DNA of 64,000 nucleotides, taken from positions 959 to 64,958 of the forward strand of contig JAGLOF010000016.1 of NCBI GenBank assembly GCA_023139105.1, in the 5' to 3' direction. The translations under genes and the position numbers were made by a program. The stretch comes from a bacterium (GTDB taxonomy: Bacteria > Zhuqueibacterota > QNDG01 > JAGLOF01). A model generated the notes under the pieces. The model had not been told where the DNA came from. It saw only the letters and a list, made by a program, of their open reading frames with translations, and searched no databases. This document shows positions 38,320-47,562 of this stretch, in pieces; positions within the stretch are counted from its first letter, which is position 1; every line of letters begins with the position of its first letter.

Positions 38320-39222
38320 ATGATCACTTCAGAGACAAAAAACTGGCTTAAACCCGAGACACTCAGCAAGCTGTCAGGATTAGATCTGATTGCCAGGCGT
38401 GTTGTAGAAGGATACATTACAGGCCTGCATAAAAGTCCATACCATGGATTTTCCGCTGAGTTCTCCGAGCATCACCCTTATCACCCTGGTGCACCTCTGA
38501 AAAGCATTGACTGGCGCGTACTTGGCAGAACCGAGAGATATTACATTAAATCCTATGAAGAAGAGACAAATTGCCGAGCAATGCTGATTATGGATACATC
38601 CGCTTCAATGGGATATTCTTCCGGCGCAATATCCAAGCAGTTATACGCCACATACCTTGCCGCAGCATTAGCCTTTCTACTCCTCAAACAGCGTGATGCT
38701 ACAGGTCTTGCCCTGGTTGATTCAGAGCTGCGGACACTTATCAGACCCCGATCGGTCATGAGCCATCTGAGTACACTTCTTACGCCACTTTCAAAACTGG
38801 AATCCCGGGGGAAAACCAGACTTGCGCCAGTGCTGAATAAATTGGCAGAACGTCTTAAAAGACGTACATTGATCTGTCTTTTTTCAGATTTGATGGATAG
38901 TGACAAAGAAGTAATTACTGCATTGAAAAATTTCCGTATCCGCGGGCACGAATTACTGGTCTTTCATATTCTGGATCCCATGGAGATCAATATGCAGCTC
39001 AAGCGGGATGCCATATTAATAGACATGGAGACAGACAAACGACTACCTGTCGATACACGTCACATAGCCCGAACCTATGCAGATCAGGTAGATGCATGGA
39101 CGCAAAAATTGAGACACTCCTGCCTCAATATGCAGGTGGATTATATCCGTTTAAGTACAGATACACCATATGACCAGGCCCTGTCCGCCTTTCTGGCAAA
39201 ACGTAAAAAATCCGGAGCCTAA
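38320..39222 (+). CDS. DUF58 domain-containing protein
   Basis: GFSAEFSEHHPYHPGAPLKSIDWRVLGRTERYYIKSYEEETNCRAMLIMDTSASMGY. Confidence 0.92.
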   Translation: MITSETKNWLKPETLSKLSGLDLIARRVVEGYITGLHKSPYHGFSAEFSEHHPYHPGAPLKSIDWRVLGRTERYYIKSYEEETNCRAMLIMDTSASMGYSSGAISKQLYATYLAAALAFLLLKQRDATGLALVDSELRTLIRPRSVMSHLSTLLTPLSKLESRGKTRLAPVLNKLAERLKRRTLICLFSDLMDSDKEVITALKNFRIRGHELLVFHILDPMEINMQLKRDAILIDMETDKRLPVDTRHIARTYADQVDAWTQKLRHSCLNMQVDYIRLSTDTPYDQALSAFLAKRKKSGA

Positions 39223-39225
39223 ATA

Positions 39226-40785
39226 ATGACAATTTTCTGGATATGGATAATACTGCTGATAATCGGTTTTACAAGTTACTTCAGCATTCTCAAATTCAGG
39301 CATAAAGCCCATTCTCCTTTCCGTATCAGACTCACTATTTTCTTTCTACTTTTTGTGCTGCTACCCTCTATCCCATCGGCATTTCTAATATCTCAGCTTC
39401 TGACACAGAGTGCTGACATACTTATCATGCCGGGCATGGATGAAGCCCTGGATGCGGGCCTGGACGCCATACGACAGCAAGCGGAGACCAGAGGCAGAAT
39501 CTTCTTACAGGACCATGAAGATTCGGGGCAATGGACAGAGACTACTACAGACATTGCCAATCTACATCTGCTTGGGCATTACAGACTGCATTGCGACTCA
39601 GTCTTGACCATGAAAAATATCTGCCTCCCATCACTTGATCTATGGAAGCCGGCACCAGGTCAGATACAGGCCGCATGTTTTGGACATTACAGCCAAATTA
39701 TAGAAAAAGATCAAAAAGGACGGATAGCCGTTTTTCACTGCCTGGGCGACAGCTCTGTAACAGTGGCCATGTATGATGTAGCCTCACCGGTACTCAAGGC
39801 AAAAAATGAGATGACACGAGCTCTGCGTTTTTATGCATCGCTTTCACTTATCAAGGAATCCATGCTGGAGCAGGAAGTGATCTGGGCACTGGCTGTAGCT
39901 GCTATTTTTATATTGGCTATGACTGCTGCCGGTGCCGCTTCAACTATATCGCGTCATATCAGCCGGCCTGTACAGGATCTGGTTGCAGGCATGAACAAAG
40001 TGGCAGAGGGTGATCTATCCATACGTGTACATACACCTGCAAAAGATGAGTTCAGAAGACTGGTAGATGCCTTCAACCAGATGACGGCTGATCTTGCTGA
40101 GGGCCGCATCAAACTTATAAAAGCAGAAAAACTGGCTGCATGGCAGGGCGTAGCCCGCCAAATCTCTCATGAAATAAAGAATAGCCTTACACCTATTGCC
40201 ATCTCAATCAGGCGGCTCAGAGGACACTTTGGTACAGCGGAAATGCCGCTACGTGTAGCAGACAGCCTTCAGATTATTGAAGAAGAACTTAAATCTATGG
40301 AACTGATGGCCGGAGAGTTCAGTGAATTTGCACGCATGCCCAAGGCCAGTAAAACAGAAATAGAGATCAATATAATTATACAAAAAACCTGTGACTTATT
40401 ACGTTCCGGACTGGACGGACGAAGATTAGATCTTAATCTCGACCCTAACCTTCCCAACATAAAAGCCGACAGCGAACAGATCAAAAGAGTATTAAACAAT
40501 CTTATCAAAAATGCAATAGAAGCCACAAAATCAGGTGACATCATTACAATCAGCAGCACACAATCGATGTTGGCTGATAAAAATATACTTATTGAGATTA
40601 CAGACACAGGCATCGGCATGAACAAAGAGACTCTAATGAGAATCTTTGAACCCTACTTTACAAATAAAAAGCGTGGCACAGGGCTGGGTATGGCAATAGT
40701 ACAGCAGATCATTCAGCAGCATAATGGTCATATTGATCTTAGCTCTCAACCTGGTAGCGGCACTCAATTTCAAATACACCTCTAG
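39226..40785 (+). CDS. NtrY-like HAMP-domain sensor histidine kinase
   Basis: ISRPVQDLVAGMNKVAEGDLSIRV (HAMP); GVARQISHEIKNSLTPIAISIRRL (HisKA); NLIKNAIEAT ... DTGIGMNKETLMRIFEPYFTNKKRGTGLGMAIVQQI (HATPase). Confidence 0.92.
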   Translation: MTIFWIWIILLIIGFTSYFSILKFRHKAHSPFRIRLTIFFLLFVLLPSIPSAFLISQLLTQSADILIMPGMDEALDAGLDAIRQQAETRGRIFLQDHEDSGQWTETTTDIANLHLLGHYRLHCDSVLTMKNICLPSLDLWKPAPGQIQAACFGHYSQIIEKDQKGRIAVFHCLGDSSVTVAMYDVASPVLKAKNEMTRALRFYASLSLIKESMLEQEVIWALAVAAIFILAMTAAGAASTISRHISRPVQDLVAGMNKVAEGDLSIRVHTPAKDEFRRLVDAFNQMTADLAEGRIKLIKAEKLAAWQGVARQISHEIKNSLTPIAISIRRLRGHFGTAEMPLRVADSLQIIEEELKSMELMAGEFSEFARMPKASKTEIEINIIIQKTCDLLRSGLDGRRLDLNLDPNLPNIKADSEQIKRVLNNLIKNAIEATKSGDIITISSTQSMLADKNILIEITDTGIGMNKETLMRIFEPYFTNKKRGTGLGMAIVQQIIQQHNGHIDLSSQPGSGTQFQIHL

Positions 40786-40833
40786 CAGCCTTAAGTCAGA
40801 CAGACTGCTAGCCAGTACGCTTCTATAAATATC

Positions 40834-40862
40834 TTGACAATACCTATGTTTTTATCTATACT
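40834..40862 (+). promoter_or_regulatory. Sigma70-like promoter of the queuosine operon
   Basis: TTGACA (40834-40839) - 17 bp - TATACT (40857-40862), about 40 bp upstream of queD. Confidence 0.65.
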
Positions 40863-40902
40863 TAGATTGCTAAAATTAAAATGAAAAAAAGGAGTACATC
40901 TC

Positions 40903-41271
40903 TTGTTTCGCGTCTTTATTGATACACATTTTGCAGCAGCCCATCAGCTTCACGGCTATGACGGCGAATGCCGCGCCCTGCACGGCCACACCTGGAAAGT
41001 CCGTGTGGAAATTGAAACTGAACACCAGGATGAAATCGGTATCAGCTTTGACTTCAAGACATTAAAAGCACATGTAAATTCAATCATCGAAAAGCTGGAT
41101 CACCATAACGTCAACGAAGTCCCTCCATTCGACAAGATAAATCCAACCGCCGAAAATCTGGCCAAATACATATACAACGAAATCGCACGCGTTTTACCGG
41201 ATTATGCAAAACTCTCACAAACTGTGGTCTGGGAATCTGATCATTACGCAGTTTCATATTTTGAAAAATGA
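40903..41271 (+). CDS. queD: 6-carboxy-5,6,7,8-tetrahydropterin synthase
   Basis: TTG start with an upstream ggag; FIDTHFAAAHQLHGYDGECRALHGHTWKVRVEI...SFDFKTLK...LDHHNVNE...PTAENLAKYI. Confidence 0.93.
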   Translation: MFRVFIDTHFAAAHQLHGYDGECRALHGHTWKVRVEIETEHQDEIGISFDFKTLKAHVNSIIEKLDHHNVNEVPPFDKINPTAENLAKYIYNEIARVLPDYAKLSQTVVWESDHYAVSYFEK

Positions 41272-41280
41272 TGAGGTTTT

Positions 41281-41919
41281 TTGCTTAAAGTCAACGAAAT
41301 TTTCTACTCAATCCAGGGTGAATCATCGTATGCCGGACACCCCTGCATCTTCATCCGGTTGACAGGCTGCAATATCCGCTGTAATTATTGTGATACTACA
41401 TATGCCTATGAAAAGGGCAAGCTCTTTTCAATAGAATTAATTCTTGAACACCTGGAACACTATAATTGCGGATTAGTGGAAATTACAGGCGGTGAACCGC
41501 TTATGCAATCGGAAACTTCCGATCTGGCCAGAACTCTGATAGCCTCCGGTTATACGGTTTTAGTTGAATCAAACGGTACGCTGGACATAGGTCTTCTTCC
41601 GCCCGGAACACATGTAATTATGGATATCAAATCTCCCGGCAGCGGCGTTTCGGAAATGATGAACTGGCAGAATATGGACAGGCTCACCGATGACGATGAA
41701 GTAAAATTAGTCTTATCTGACAGGGCTGACTATGAATGGGCACGCTCTATAATATATAAATATGCCCTGCACAAACGTTCTAATACCCTACTCTCTGTAG
41801 TAGCAGGCAGGCTTAATCCTGAAGATCTGGCAGCATGGATACTTGAAGATGAACTTGAAGTTCGACTTCAGTTGCAGATGCATAAAATTCTTTGGCCAAA
41901 TGATGAAAAAGGACGATAA
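41281..41919 (+). CDS. queE: 7-carboxy-7-deazaguanine synthase (radical SAM)
   Basis: [37 protein letters not shown]...[11 protein letters not shown]. Confidence 0.93.
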   Translation: MLKVNEIFYSIQGESSYAGHPCIFIRLTGCNIRCNYCDTTYAYEKGKLFSIELILEHLEHYNCGLVEITGGEPLMQSETSDLARTLIASGYTVLVESNGTLDIGLLPPGTHVIMDIKSPGSGVSEMMNWQNMDRLTDDDEVKLVLSDRADYEWARSIIYKYALHKRSNTLLSVVAGRLNPEDLAAWILEDELEVRLQLQMHKILWPNDEKGR

Positions 41920-42601
41920 ACAACGCGCCGTCGTGCTGTTGAGCGGCGGCCTGGACTCTGCTACCGTGCTGGCCATGGCCAGAGCCCGGGGGGTAGATTG
42001 CTATGCCCTCAGCTTTCGGTACGGTCAGCGCCACAGCCATGAACTGGCAGCTGCTAAAGTTGTAGCCGAGACCATGGGCGTTAAACGCCACCTCATCCTG
42101 GACCTCGATTTCCGGGCCATGGGTGGCTCAGCACTGACAGCGGATATCGATGTACCCAAGGACAGAGACACAGCCCGGATGGAAGATGAGATCCCCATCA
42201 CCTATGTGCCGGCCCGGAACATTGTGTTCTTGTCGATTGCCCTTGGCTGGGCCGAGACATTGCACGCACGACAGATCCACATCGGCGTCAACGCCATGGA
42301 CTACTCCGGTTACCCGGATTGCCGTCCGGATTTCATAGACGCCTTTCAGGCCATGGCCAACCAGGGTACCAAGGCGGGAGTGGAGGGCCATCCATTTACC
42401 ATTCACACGCCGCTGATGCAGATGACCAAGGCCCGAATCATTGCCGAGGGGATACGCCTGGGCGTGGATTATGCCATGACGCACAGTTGCTATGATCCGG
42501 CCGTCGATGGCCTGGCTTGCGGCTGTTGCGACAGTTGCCTGATCCGGAAAAAAGGCTTTGCCGAAGCCGGCGTGCCTGATCCGACAAAATACATGAAGTG
42601 A
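41903..42601 (+). CDS. queC: 7-cyano-7-deazaguanine synthase
   Basis: [18 protein letters not shown]...[17 protein letters not shown]; C-terminal [34 protein letters not shown]; start refined. Confidence 0.95.
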   Translation: MKKDDKQRAVVLLSGGLDSATVLAMARARGVDCYALSFRYGQRHSHELAAAKVVAETMGVKRHLILDLDFRAMGGSALTADIDVPKDRDTARMEDEIPITYVPARNIVFLSIALGWAETLHARQIHIGVNAMDYSGYPDCRPDFIDAFQAMANQGTKAGVEGHPFTIHTPLMQMTKARIIAEGIRLGVDYAMTHSCYDPAVDGLACGCCDSCLIRKKGFAEAGVPDPTKYMK

Positions 42602-42649
42602 AGACCTGTTTAAGTGAATATCGAACAAGAATTAACGATTTTCAAATTC

Positions 42650-42715
42650 ACTTTTTAACTTTTAACTTTTAACTTTTAACTTTTAACTTTTAACTTTTAA
42701 CTTTTTACTTTTTAC
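42650..42715. repeat. Heptanucleotide tandem repeat (AACTTTT)n
   Basis: About eight consecutive aactttt units between queC and queF. Confidence 0.9.
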
Positions 42716-42736
42716 TTATTTCATTTCGAGGCAATT

Positions 42737-43123
42737 ATGACTCAAGAAAAACCCGGAATCCTGGCTATTCGTGAGAATCAGCTCACACCGGTTAAAAACC
42801 ACTATCCTGACAGAGATTACGAAGTCGAGATCACGCTGCCTGAGTTCACCTGCCTCTGCCCCATCTCAGGCTATCCTGACTTTGGCGTGATTCACGTCAA
42901 ATATGTGCCTGACAACTCCATCATCGAGCTCAAGTCTATTAAACTCTACATCAATAAATTCCGCGATGAGGCCCATTTTCATGAAGCCGTGGTAAACAAA
43001 ATAATGGACGACCTCATTGAGGCCATCGATCCACGATGGATACGCGTGATCGGCGACTTCAACCCCCGCGGCAATGTCAAAACCGTGGTGACCGTGGAAC
43101 ACAGGAAAGGTGACACACCGTGA
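42737..43123 (+). CDS. queF: NADPH-dependent 7-cyano-7-deazaguanine reductase (unimodular QueF)
   Basis: LPEFTCLCPISGYPDFGVIHVKYVPDNSIIELKSIKLYINKFRDEAHFHEAVVNKIMDDL. Confidence 0.93.
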   Translation: MTQEKPGILAIRENQLTPVKNHYPDRDYEVEITLPEFTCLCPISGYPDFGVIHVKYVPDNSIIELKSIKLYINKFRDEAHFHEAVVNKIMDDLIEAIDPRWIRVIGDFNPRGNVKTVVTVEHRKGDTP

Positions 43124-43884
43124 TCGATGTCCAGAATCAACCCGACACCCGGAACCTTCCCATCAACCGCGTGGGCGTCAAGGATCTCCGTTACCCCATC
43201 ACGGTGACCGACAGAGCCAACGATGTGCAGCAGACAGTGGCTTCCATCAACATGTATGTAAGCCTGCCCCGGCACTTCAGGGGCACGCACATGAGCCGCT
43301 TCATTGAAATCTTGAACGAAAAGCATCAGACACTGCATATCGACGGCATTGCAGATCTGCTAAAAACGATGAAGCAAAGACTGGAGGCCCATGAGGCTCA
43401 CATGGACGTGAGCTTCCCCTACTTCATCGAGAAGACTGCGCCGATCTCCGGAGCCAAGAGCCTCATGGAATACAAATGCTCCTACAGCGGCATTCTCAGC
43501 GATACGCTCGATTTTATCCTGCGTGTGGATGTGCCCGTAACCAGCCTCTGCCCTTGCTCCAAGGAGCTCTCCGATCGAGGAGCGCATAACCAACGCTCCA
43601 TTGTCTCCATCGCCATCAGATCCAGTGATTTTGTCTGGATTGAAGAATTAGTGGAAATTGCAGAAGCCGCCGCATCCAGCCCGGTCTATTCACTATTGAA
43701 GCGTAGTGATGAAAAAGCCGTAACCGAAGCTGCATATGATAATCCCCGTTTTGTGGAAGACCTGGTGCGTGAAGTAGCTGCCAAATTAAATGCCGACTCC
43801 CGCATCACCTGGTATAAAGTGGAATCCGAAAACTTTGAGTCAATCCATAATCACAGTGCATATGCCGCCATTGAGAAGGTATAA
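43120..43884 (+). CDS. folE2: GTP cyclohydrolase FolE2 (type IB)
   Basis: DTRNLPINRVGVKDLRYPI...YVSLPRHFRGTHMSRFIEIL...CPCSKELSDRGAHNQRSIVSI. Confidence 0.93.
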   Translation: MIDVQNQPDTRNLPINRVGVKDLRYPITVTDRANDVQQTVASINMYVSLPRHFRGTHMSRFIEILNEKHQTLHIDGIADLLKTMKQRLEAHEAHMDVSFPYFIEKTAPISGAKSLMEYKCSYSGILSDTLDFILRVDVPVTSLCPCSKELSDRGAHNQRSIVSIAIRSSDFVWIEELVEIAEAAASSPVYSLLKRSDEKAVTEAAYDNPRFVEDLVREVAAKLNADSRITWYKVESENFESIHNHSAYAAIEKV

Positions 43885-43994
43885 TTATAAAACCCTTGCA
43901 ACCTGCTAAGATTCTTTACGTATATTTATAATGAAATCGCCCAAAACGGACTACCTCTCCCAACAGTCTGGTTTTAATGTTTAAGGAGGGACAG

Positions 43995-44702
43995 ATGAAC
44001 CCTAAACCCACACCTTTTCTCTTCGGACTATTTTTCATCCTCTTTGGTGGCTTCTTGCTGCTCGGTACTACAGGGATAGTACAAATAGACGAAGAAATTA
44101 CAGTGGCCTCTATTTTTGCAATTGCCGGCCTTGTCATGATTCAAGCACACTTCCTGCAAAAAAAGCCCATATGGATGCTAATTGTCGGAGGCATCAGTCT
44201 ATTTATAGGTACTGCTGTTTTCATTGAAAACACAAGAATAATTCCCGAGGAATCAATAGGTGTTCTCTTATTTGTAATAGCTGCAGCAATATTTCTTTTG
44301 CAACTACGCAAAGGCAAAGAAGCCTGGTGGGCCATTATTCCTGGTGGCTTCTGCCTTGTAATGGCCGGACATGTATTGCTCAGTCTTACTATGTGGCACC
44401 CGGAAGAACTGCATGGAGCACTTTTCTTTGGTGGTATGGGGGCAATATTCGGTATAATTTATTTATTGAAAGATGAAAACTACAATCTAGGCTGGGCAAA
44501 ATGGCCGGCACTTTCCGCATTGATCATGAGTGCTTTTATACTATTTGTTAATAACGACCAAACAATTGGAAAATTATTTTTTCCACTCATATTAATCTTC
44601 TTTGGCGGGATAATTCTGTTTAAATCTATGCATCGTCAACATAATCAAGACATTGACTCCTCTTCTGTATCTACTACTGAAAATGAAGATATAGTTCAGT
44701 AG
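43995..44702 (+). CDS. Multi-pass membrane protein of unknown function
   Basis: Multiple hydrophobic segments (FGLFFILFGGFLLLG, ISLFIGTAVFI, LLFVIAAAIFLLQL, LIMSAFILFV); followed by a strong terminator. Confidence 0.6.
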   Translation: MNPKPTPFLFGLFFILFGGFLLLGTTGIVQIDEEITVASIFAIAGLVMIQAHFLQKKPIWMLIVGGISLFIGTAVFIENTRIIPEESIGVLLFVIAAAIFLLQLRKGKEAWWAIIPGGFCLVMAGHVLLSLTMWHPEELHGALFFGGMGAIFGIIYLLKDENYNLGWAKWPALSALIMSAFILFVNNDQTIGKLFFPLILIFFGGIILFKSMHRQHNQDIDSSSVSTTENEDIVQ

Positions 44703-44732
44703 TCAATAATCCATAGACTTTTTTCTTTAAAT

Positions 44733-44768
44733 CCCGGTACTCTAAAATAGAGTGCCGGGATTTTTTTA
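44733..44768 (+). terminator. Rho-independent terminator
   Basis: CCCGGTACTCTA-aaa-TAGAGTGCCGGG stem followed by a T-run. Confidence 0.85.
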
Positions 44769-44884
44769 CTGTTTTTAACACTTTTCAATTGACCTCCGGT
44801 CGGCGTTAAAACTTCAGGAGTGACAAGCTTTATGAAGGTTTGTGTCATCCCTAAAAAACTGTCATCTCCCGTACAGAACCGGGA

Positions 44885-45000
44885 CTCAGCCTGTATGCTC
44901 CTGGCAGGGATCTATCATTCAAAGGTTCACCTGCTAATAACAGTAACGGACTCTATATTTTAAAAATCCTCAATTGTAGACTACTGACAAAGACATTCAT
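44885..45000. repeat. Intergenic repeat A, left copy
   Basis: tgctcctggcagggatc.atcatt.aaagg...taatccnc..attgtagact.ctgacaa; matches about 51996-52115. Confidence 0.75.
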
Positions 45001-45170
45001 TTCGTAGCGGCGTATGCCCTTCGCCCACACTACTTGACATTTACAATTACGAGGTGTTCTGTTAAACACAGCATGTTGATGTGGTTTTATTAATCCATAA
45101 AACATCCGGAGGCGCATCGCAAAAGCCTCATCAAACATCAGCGGGAACTGTAGGTTACACGAGTATAGCG

Positions 45171-45425
45171 CAAGGAGATTGCCACGGCACAGAACGCCTC
45201 GCAATGACACATACGGACTTAACGCTCTGCCGGGGAGCCGTTTGTGCAGGCAACAGCGGCAGTCCCATCAAGGCTCCACCAGCATTCATCAATATCTTTC
45301 AGGCAGGGCAGGGCGGCTTCGTGGTCTTCGTGTTCTCTGTGCGAGTGCTCTTTTTCGTTTTTTTCGCTCTTTTCCGTAGGCAATGTTCCTGCTCTTCTTT
45401 CATTTTAAATTTTATATCCGTACGC
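45171..45425. repeat. Intergenic repeat B, left copy (intact)
   Basis: agattgccacggcacaraacgcctcgcaatgacacatacggacttaacg...gcattcatcaatatctttcaggcagggcagggcggcttcgtggtctt; matches about 51569-51970. Confidence 0.9.
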
Positions 45426-45689
45426 ATCTGTGATAAGCTCTGGCAAAATTTAGTATTTACCCACACGATTCAACAGAGCCTTTATTCTATTAAAATTAGA
45501 ATACCACATAAGAAAGAAACTATCATTGTGAGACTTTTTTTACCGAAGCAATCTTTTAGTCAGGACTTTCGTCCAATATACCCGTTATCAAGATCCCCGA
45601 TAAAAACATTCGAGGATGACAAACTTAGAGACTTACAGCAAACACAATTAATTGTGCAACTCCTCAATTTCAACATAAAATCTTTTTAC

Positions 45690-45718
45690 TTGACATTGAA
45701 ACTTACGATCACTATCTT
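45690..45718 (+). promoter_or_regulatory. Sigma70-like promoter of the tetR/ABC cassette
   Basis: TTGACA (45690-45695) - 17 bp - TATCTT (45713-45718). Confidence 0.55.
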
Positions 45719-45723
45719 TCGTA

Positions 45724-45770
45724 CGAATACTGTAAGAACAAACATAAATCGTATATTTTTAACAGTTTCG
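45724..45770. promoter_or_regulatory. Imperfect inverted repeat, candidate TetR-family operator
   Basis: cgaatactgtaa ... ttaacagtttcg between the promoter and the TetR start. Confidence 0.3.
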
Positions 45771-45790
45771 TCTAATCAGGATATCATTAA

Positions 45791-46369
45791 ATGCCCGAGA
45801 ACAGCAGCAAAGCCCAACAGATTCTTATCACCGCCAAAGATCTCTTCTATCGATACGGCTTCAAACGCGTCTCTATTGAAGAAGTCTGCCGCGAGGCCGG
45901 AGTCAGTAAAATGACATTTTACAAATACTTTAAAAATAAAAATGGGCTGATCATTCATATGATGAATACGTTGAGCAGGGATGCCTGGGAGATTTACGAA
46001 TCCATCATGAGCCGGCAAATTCCCTACAAAGAAAAAGTGGCTGGCATGCTCCGCCTCAAAGCCGACAGCACAAAGGGACTGAGCCCGGAACTGCTTCAGG
46101 AAATCCACAACAGTGATGATGAAGAGCTCAAAGCCTACTTTCAGAAACACACAATAACCAATTTGAAACGCATCATGAAAGACCTGACCAAAGCACAGCA
46201 AGACGGAGAACTCAGGCAAGACATGAAAATTGGATTTATCCTCTACTTCATGAACCACATGTTCGAAATGGCCAAAGACCAACAGCTCACAGCACTCTAT
46301 GCCACACCTCAGGATCTCATCATGGAGCTGAACAATTTCTTTTTTTACGGCATACTGCCCAGGGAATAA
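45791..46369 (+). CDS. TetR/AcrR-family transcriptional regulator
   Basis: ILITAKDLFYRYGFKRVSIEEVCREAGVSKMTFYKYFKNKNGLI HTH. Confidence 0.92.
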   Translation: MPENSSKAQQILITAKDLFYRYGFKRVSIEEVCREAGVSKMTFYKYFKNKNGLIIHMMNTLSRDAWEIYESIMSRQIPYKEKVAGMLRLKADSTKGLSPELLQEIHNSDDEELKAYFQKHTITNLKRIMKDLTKAQQDGELRQDMKIGFILYFMNHMFEMAKDQQLTALYATPQDLIMELNNFFFYGILPRE

Positions 46370-46372
46370 TCC

Positions 46373-47545
46373 ATGAGAATAAAAACGATTGTTATCTTCT
46401 GTACATTATTGGGCACGACGTGCTTACAGGGCCAAAGCGTCCGTTTCAGTGGCCAGGTAGATGCCTGGGGCGGCAGCCGCATCGAGGAGCTGGCATTGCC
46501 TGTGCTAGGATTACGCTATGTCCCTGAATTCTATGTGGAAAAAGCATCGGGCAGCAACTTGATCGATGCGCAAGCGTCATTCAATCTCTTTACCTCTCAT
46601 ATGAATGATGGAAATCAATGGTCAGACGACACGGATGTCAAACTCTATCGGACATGGTTGCGCTACAGCAATGCTCAGAGCGAACTACGTCTCGGGCTAC
46701 AGAAAATCAACTTCGGCTCAGCCAGTCTTATCCGACCGCTGATGTGGTTTGATCGTATTGATCCGAGAGACCCATTGCAGCTCACCGACGGGGTCTGGGG
46801 AATTCTCTATCGTCGATACTTCATAAATAACACCAACTTTTGGCTCTGGGCTCTCTGGGGAAATGAAAAAGTAAAAGGCTGGGAAGCCATCCCCACCCAT
46901 AAAACGACGCCTGAATTCGGCGGACGTATGCAATTCCCTGTACCGAGAGGCGAATTGGCGGCGACCTTTCACCACCGCCGGGCCGATCTGGATGAAGGCA
47001 TCAATGCCATCCGTGAGATGCTGGGTATCCCGCCCCATGCAGAGATCACCTTCGCTCCCCTTGGGCAGATTAATGAGAATCGATTCGGACTGGACGGGAA
47101 GTGGGACTTCACCATTGGATTCTGGGTCGAATCTGCATTCACACACCGGGACATCACACTGCTCCACACGCCATGGCAACGCATGACCGTCATTGGCGCC
47201 GATTACACTTTTGGACTGGGTAACGGCCTCCATGTGATGACCGAACACGCGCGTATTGAAATGAGTGAGGCGGCCTTCTCCAAAGCAGCCGAGGGCTTCG
47301 ATTTCACAGCCCTGTCACTGAATTACCCGCTTGGCCTGCTGGATACTGTCTCAGGCCTGCTCTACCGCGACTGGGACAGCGGCAGCTGGTATCGCTTCAT
47401 CCGCTGGCAGAGAACCTACGACGCCATTCAGCTCCACGCCATGGCGTTCTGGAATCCGGATCGTTTTGCCATGCTTCCGCAGATGGGATCGTCCCCGGCC
47501 ATGGCCGGAAAAGGCTTTCAACTGCTTTTTGTATTCAATCATTAA
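46373..47545 (+). CDS. Putative outer-membrane beta-barrel protein
   Basis: Signal peptide MRIKTIVIFCTLLGTTCLQGQ; many alternating amphipathic strands; C-terminal aromatic-rich strand GFQLLFVFNH. Confidence 0.6.
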   Translation: MRIKTIVIFCTLLGTTCLQGQSVRFSGQVDAWGGSRIEELALPVLGLRYVPEFYVEKASGSNLIDAQASFNLFTSHMNDGNQWSDDTDVKLYRTWLRYSNAQSELRLGLQKINFGSASLIRPLMWFDRIDPRDPLQLTDGVWGILYRRYFINNTNFWLWALWGNEKVKGWEAIPTHKTTPEFGGRMQFPVPRGELAATFHHRRADLDEGINAIREMLGIPPHAEITFAPLGQINENRFGLDGKWDFTIGFWVESAFTHRDITLLHTPWQRMTVIGADYTFGLGNGLHVMTEHARIEMSEAAFSKAAEGFDFTALSLNYPLGLLDTVSGLLYRDWDSGSWYRFIRWQRTYDAIQLHAMAFWNPDRFAMLPQMGSSPAMAGKGFQLLFVFNH

Positions 47546-47562
47546 CTATAAACGAGGTTGTC

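Noticed and set aside
42650-42715. Possible CRISPR or regulatory array between queC and queF
   Set aside because: The unit is 7 bp with no spacers; a simple tandem repeat, not CRISPR. No CRISPR array or cas gene was seen anywhere in the window.
41788-43338. Several minus-strand ORFs opposite queC, queF and folE2
   Set aside because: Shadow ORFs caused by high GC in the plus-strand genes; the plus-strand proteins carry full family motifs.
45179-45379. ORFs MPRHRTPRNDTYGLN... (45179-45379) and MPRHKTPRNDTYGLN... (51577-51765)
   Set aside because: They are similar to each other only because they overlap intergenic repeat B; the frames diverge after the MITE insertion, so they are unlikely to be coding.
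45081-45914. 277-aa plus-strand ORF 45081-45914
   Set aside because: Overlaps repeat B, the promoter and the well-supported TetR gene in another frame; composition is noise-like.
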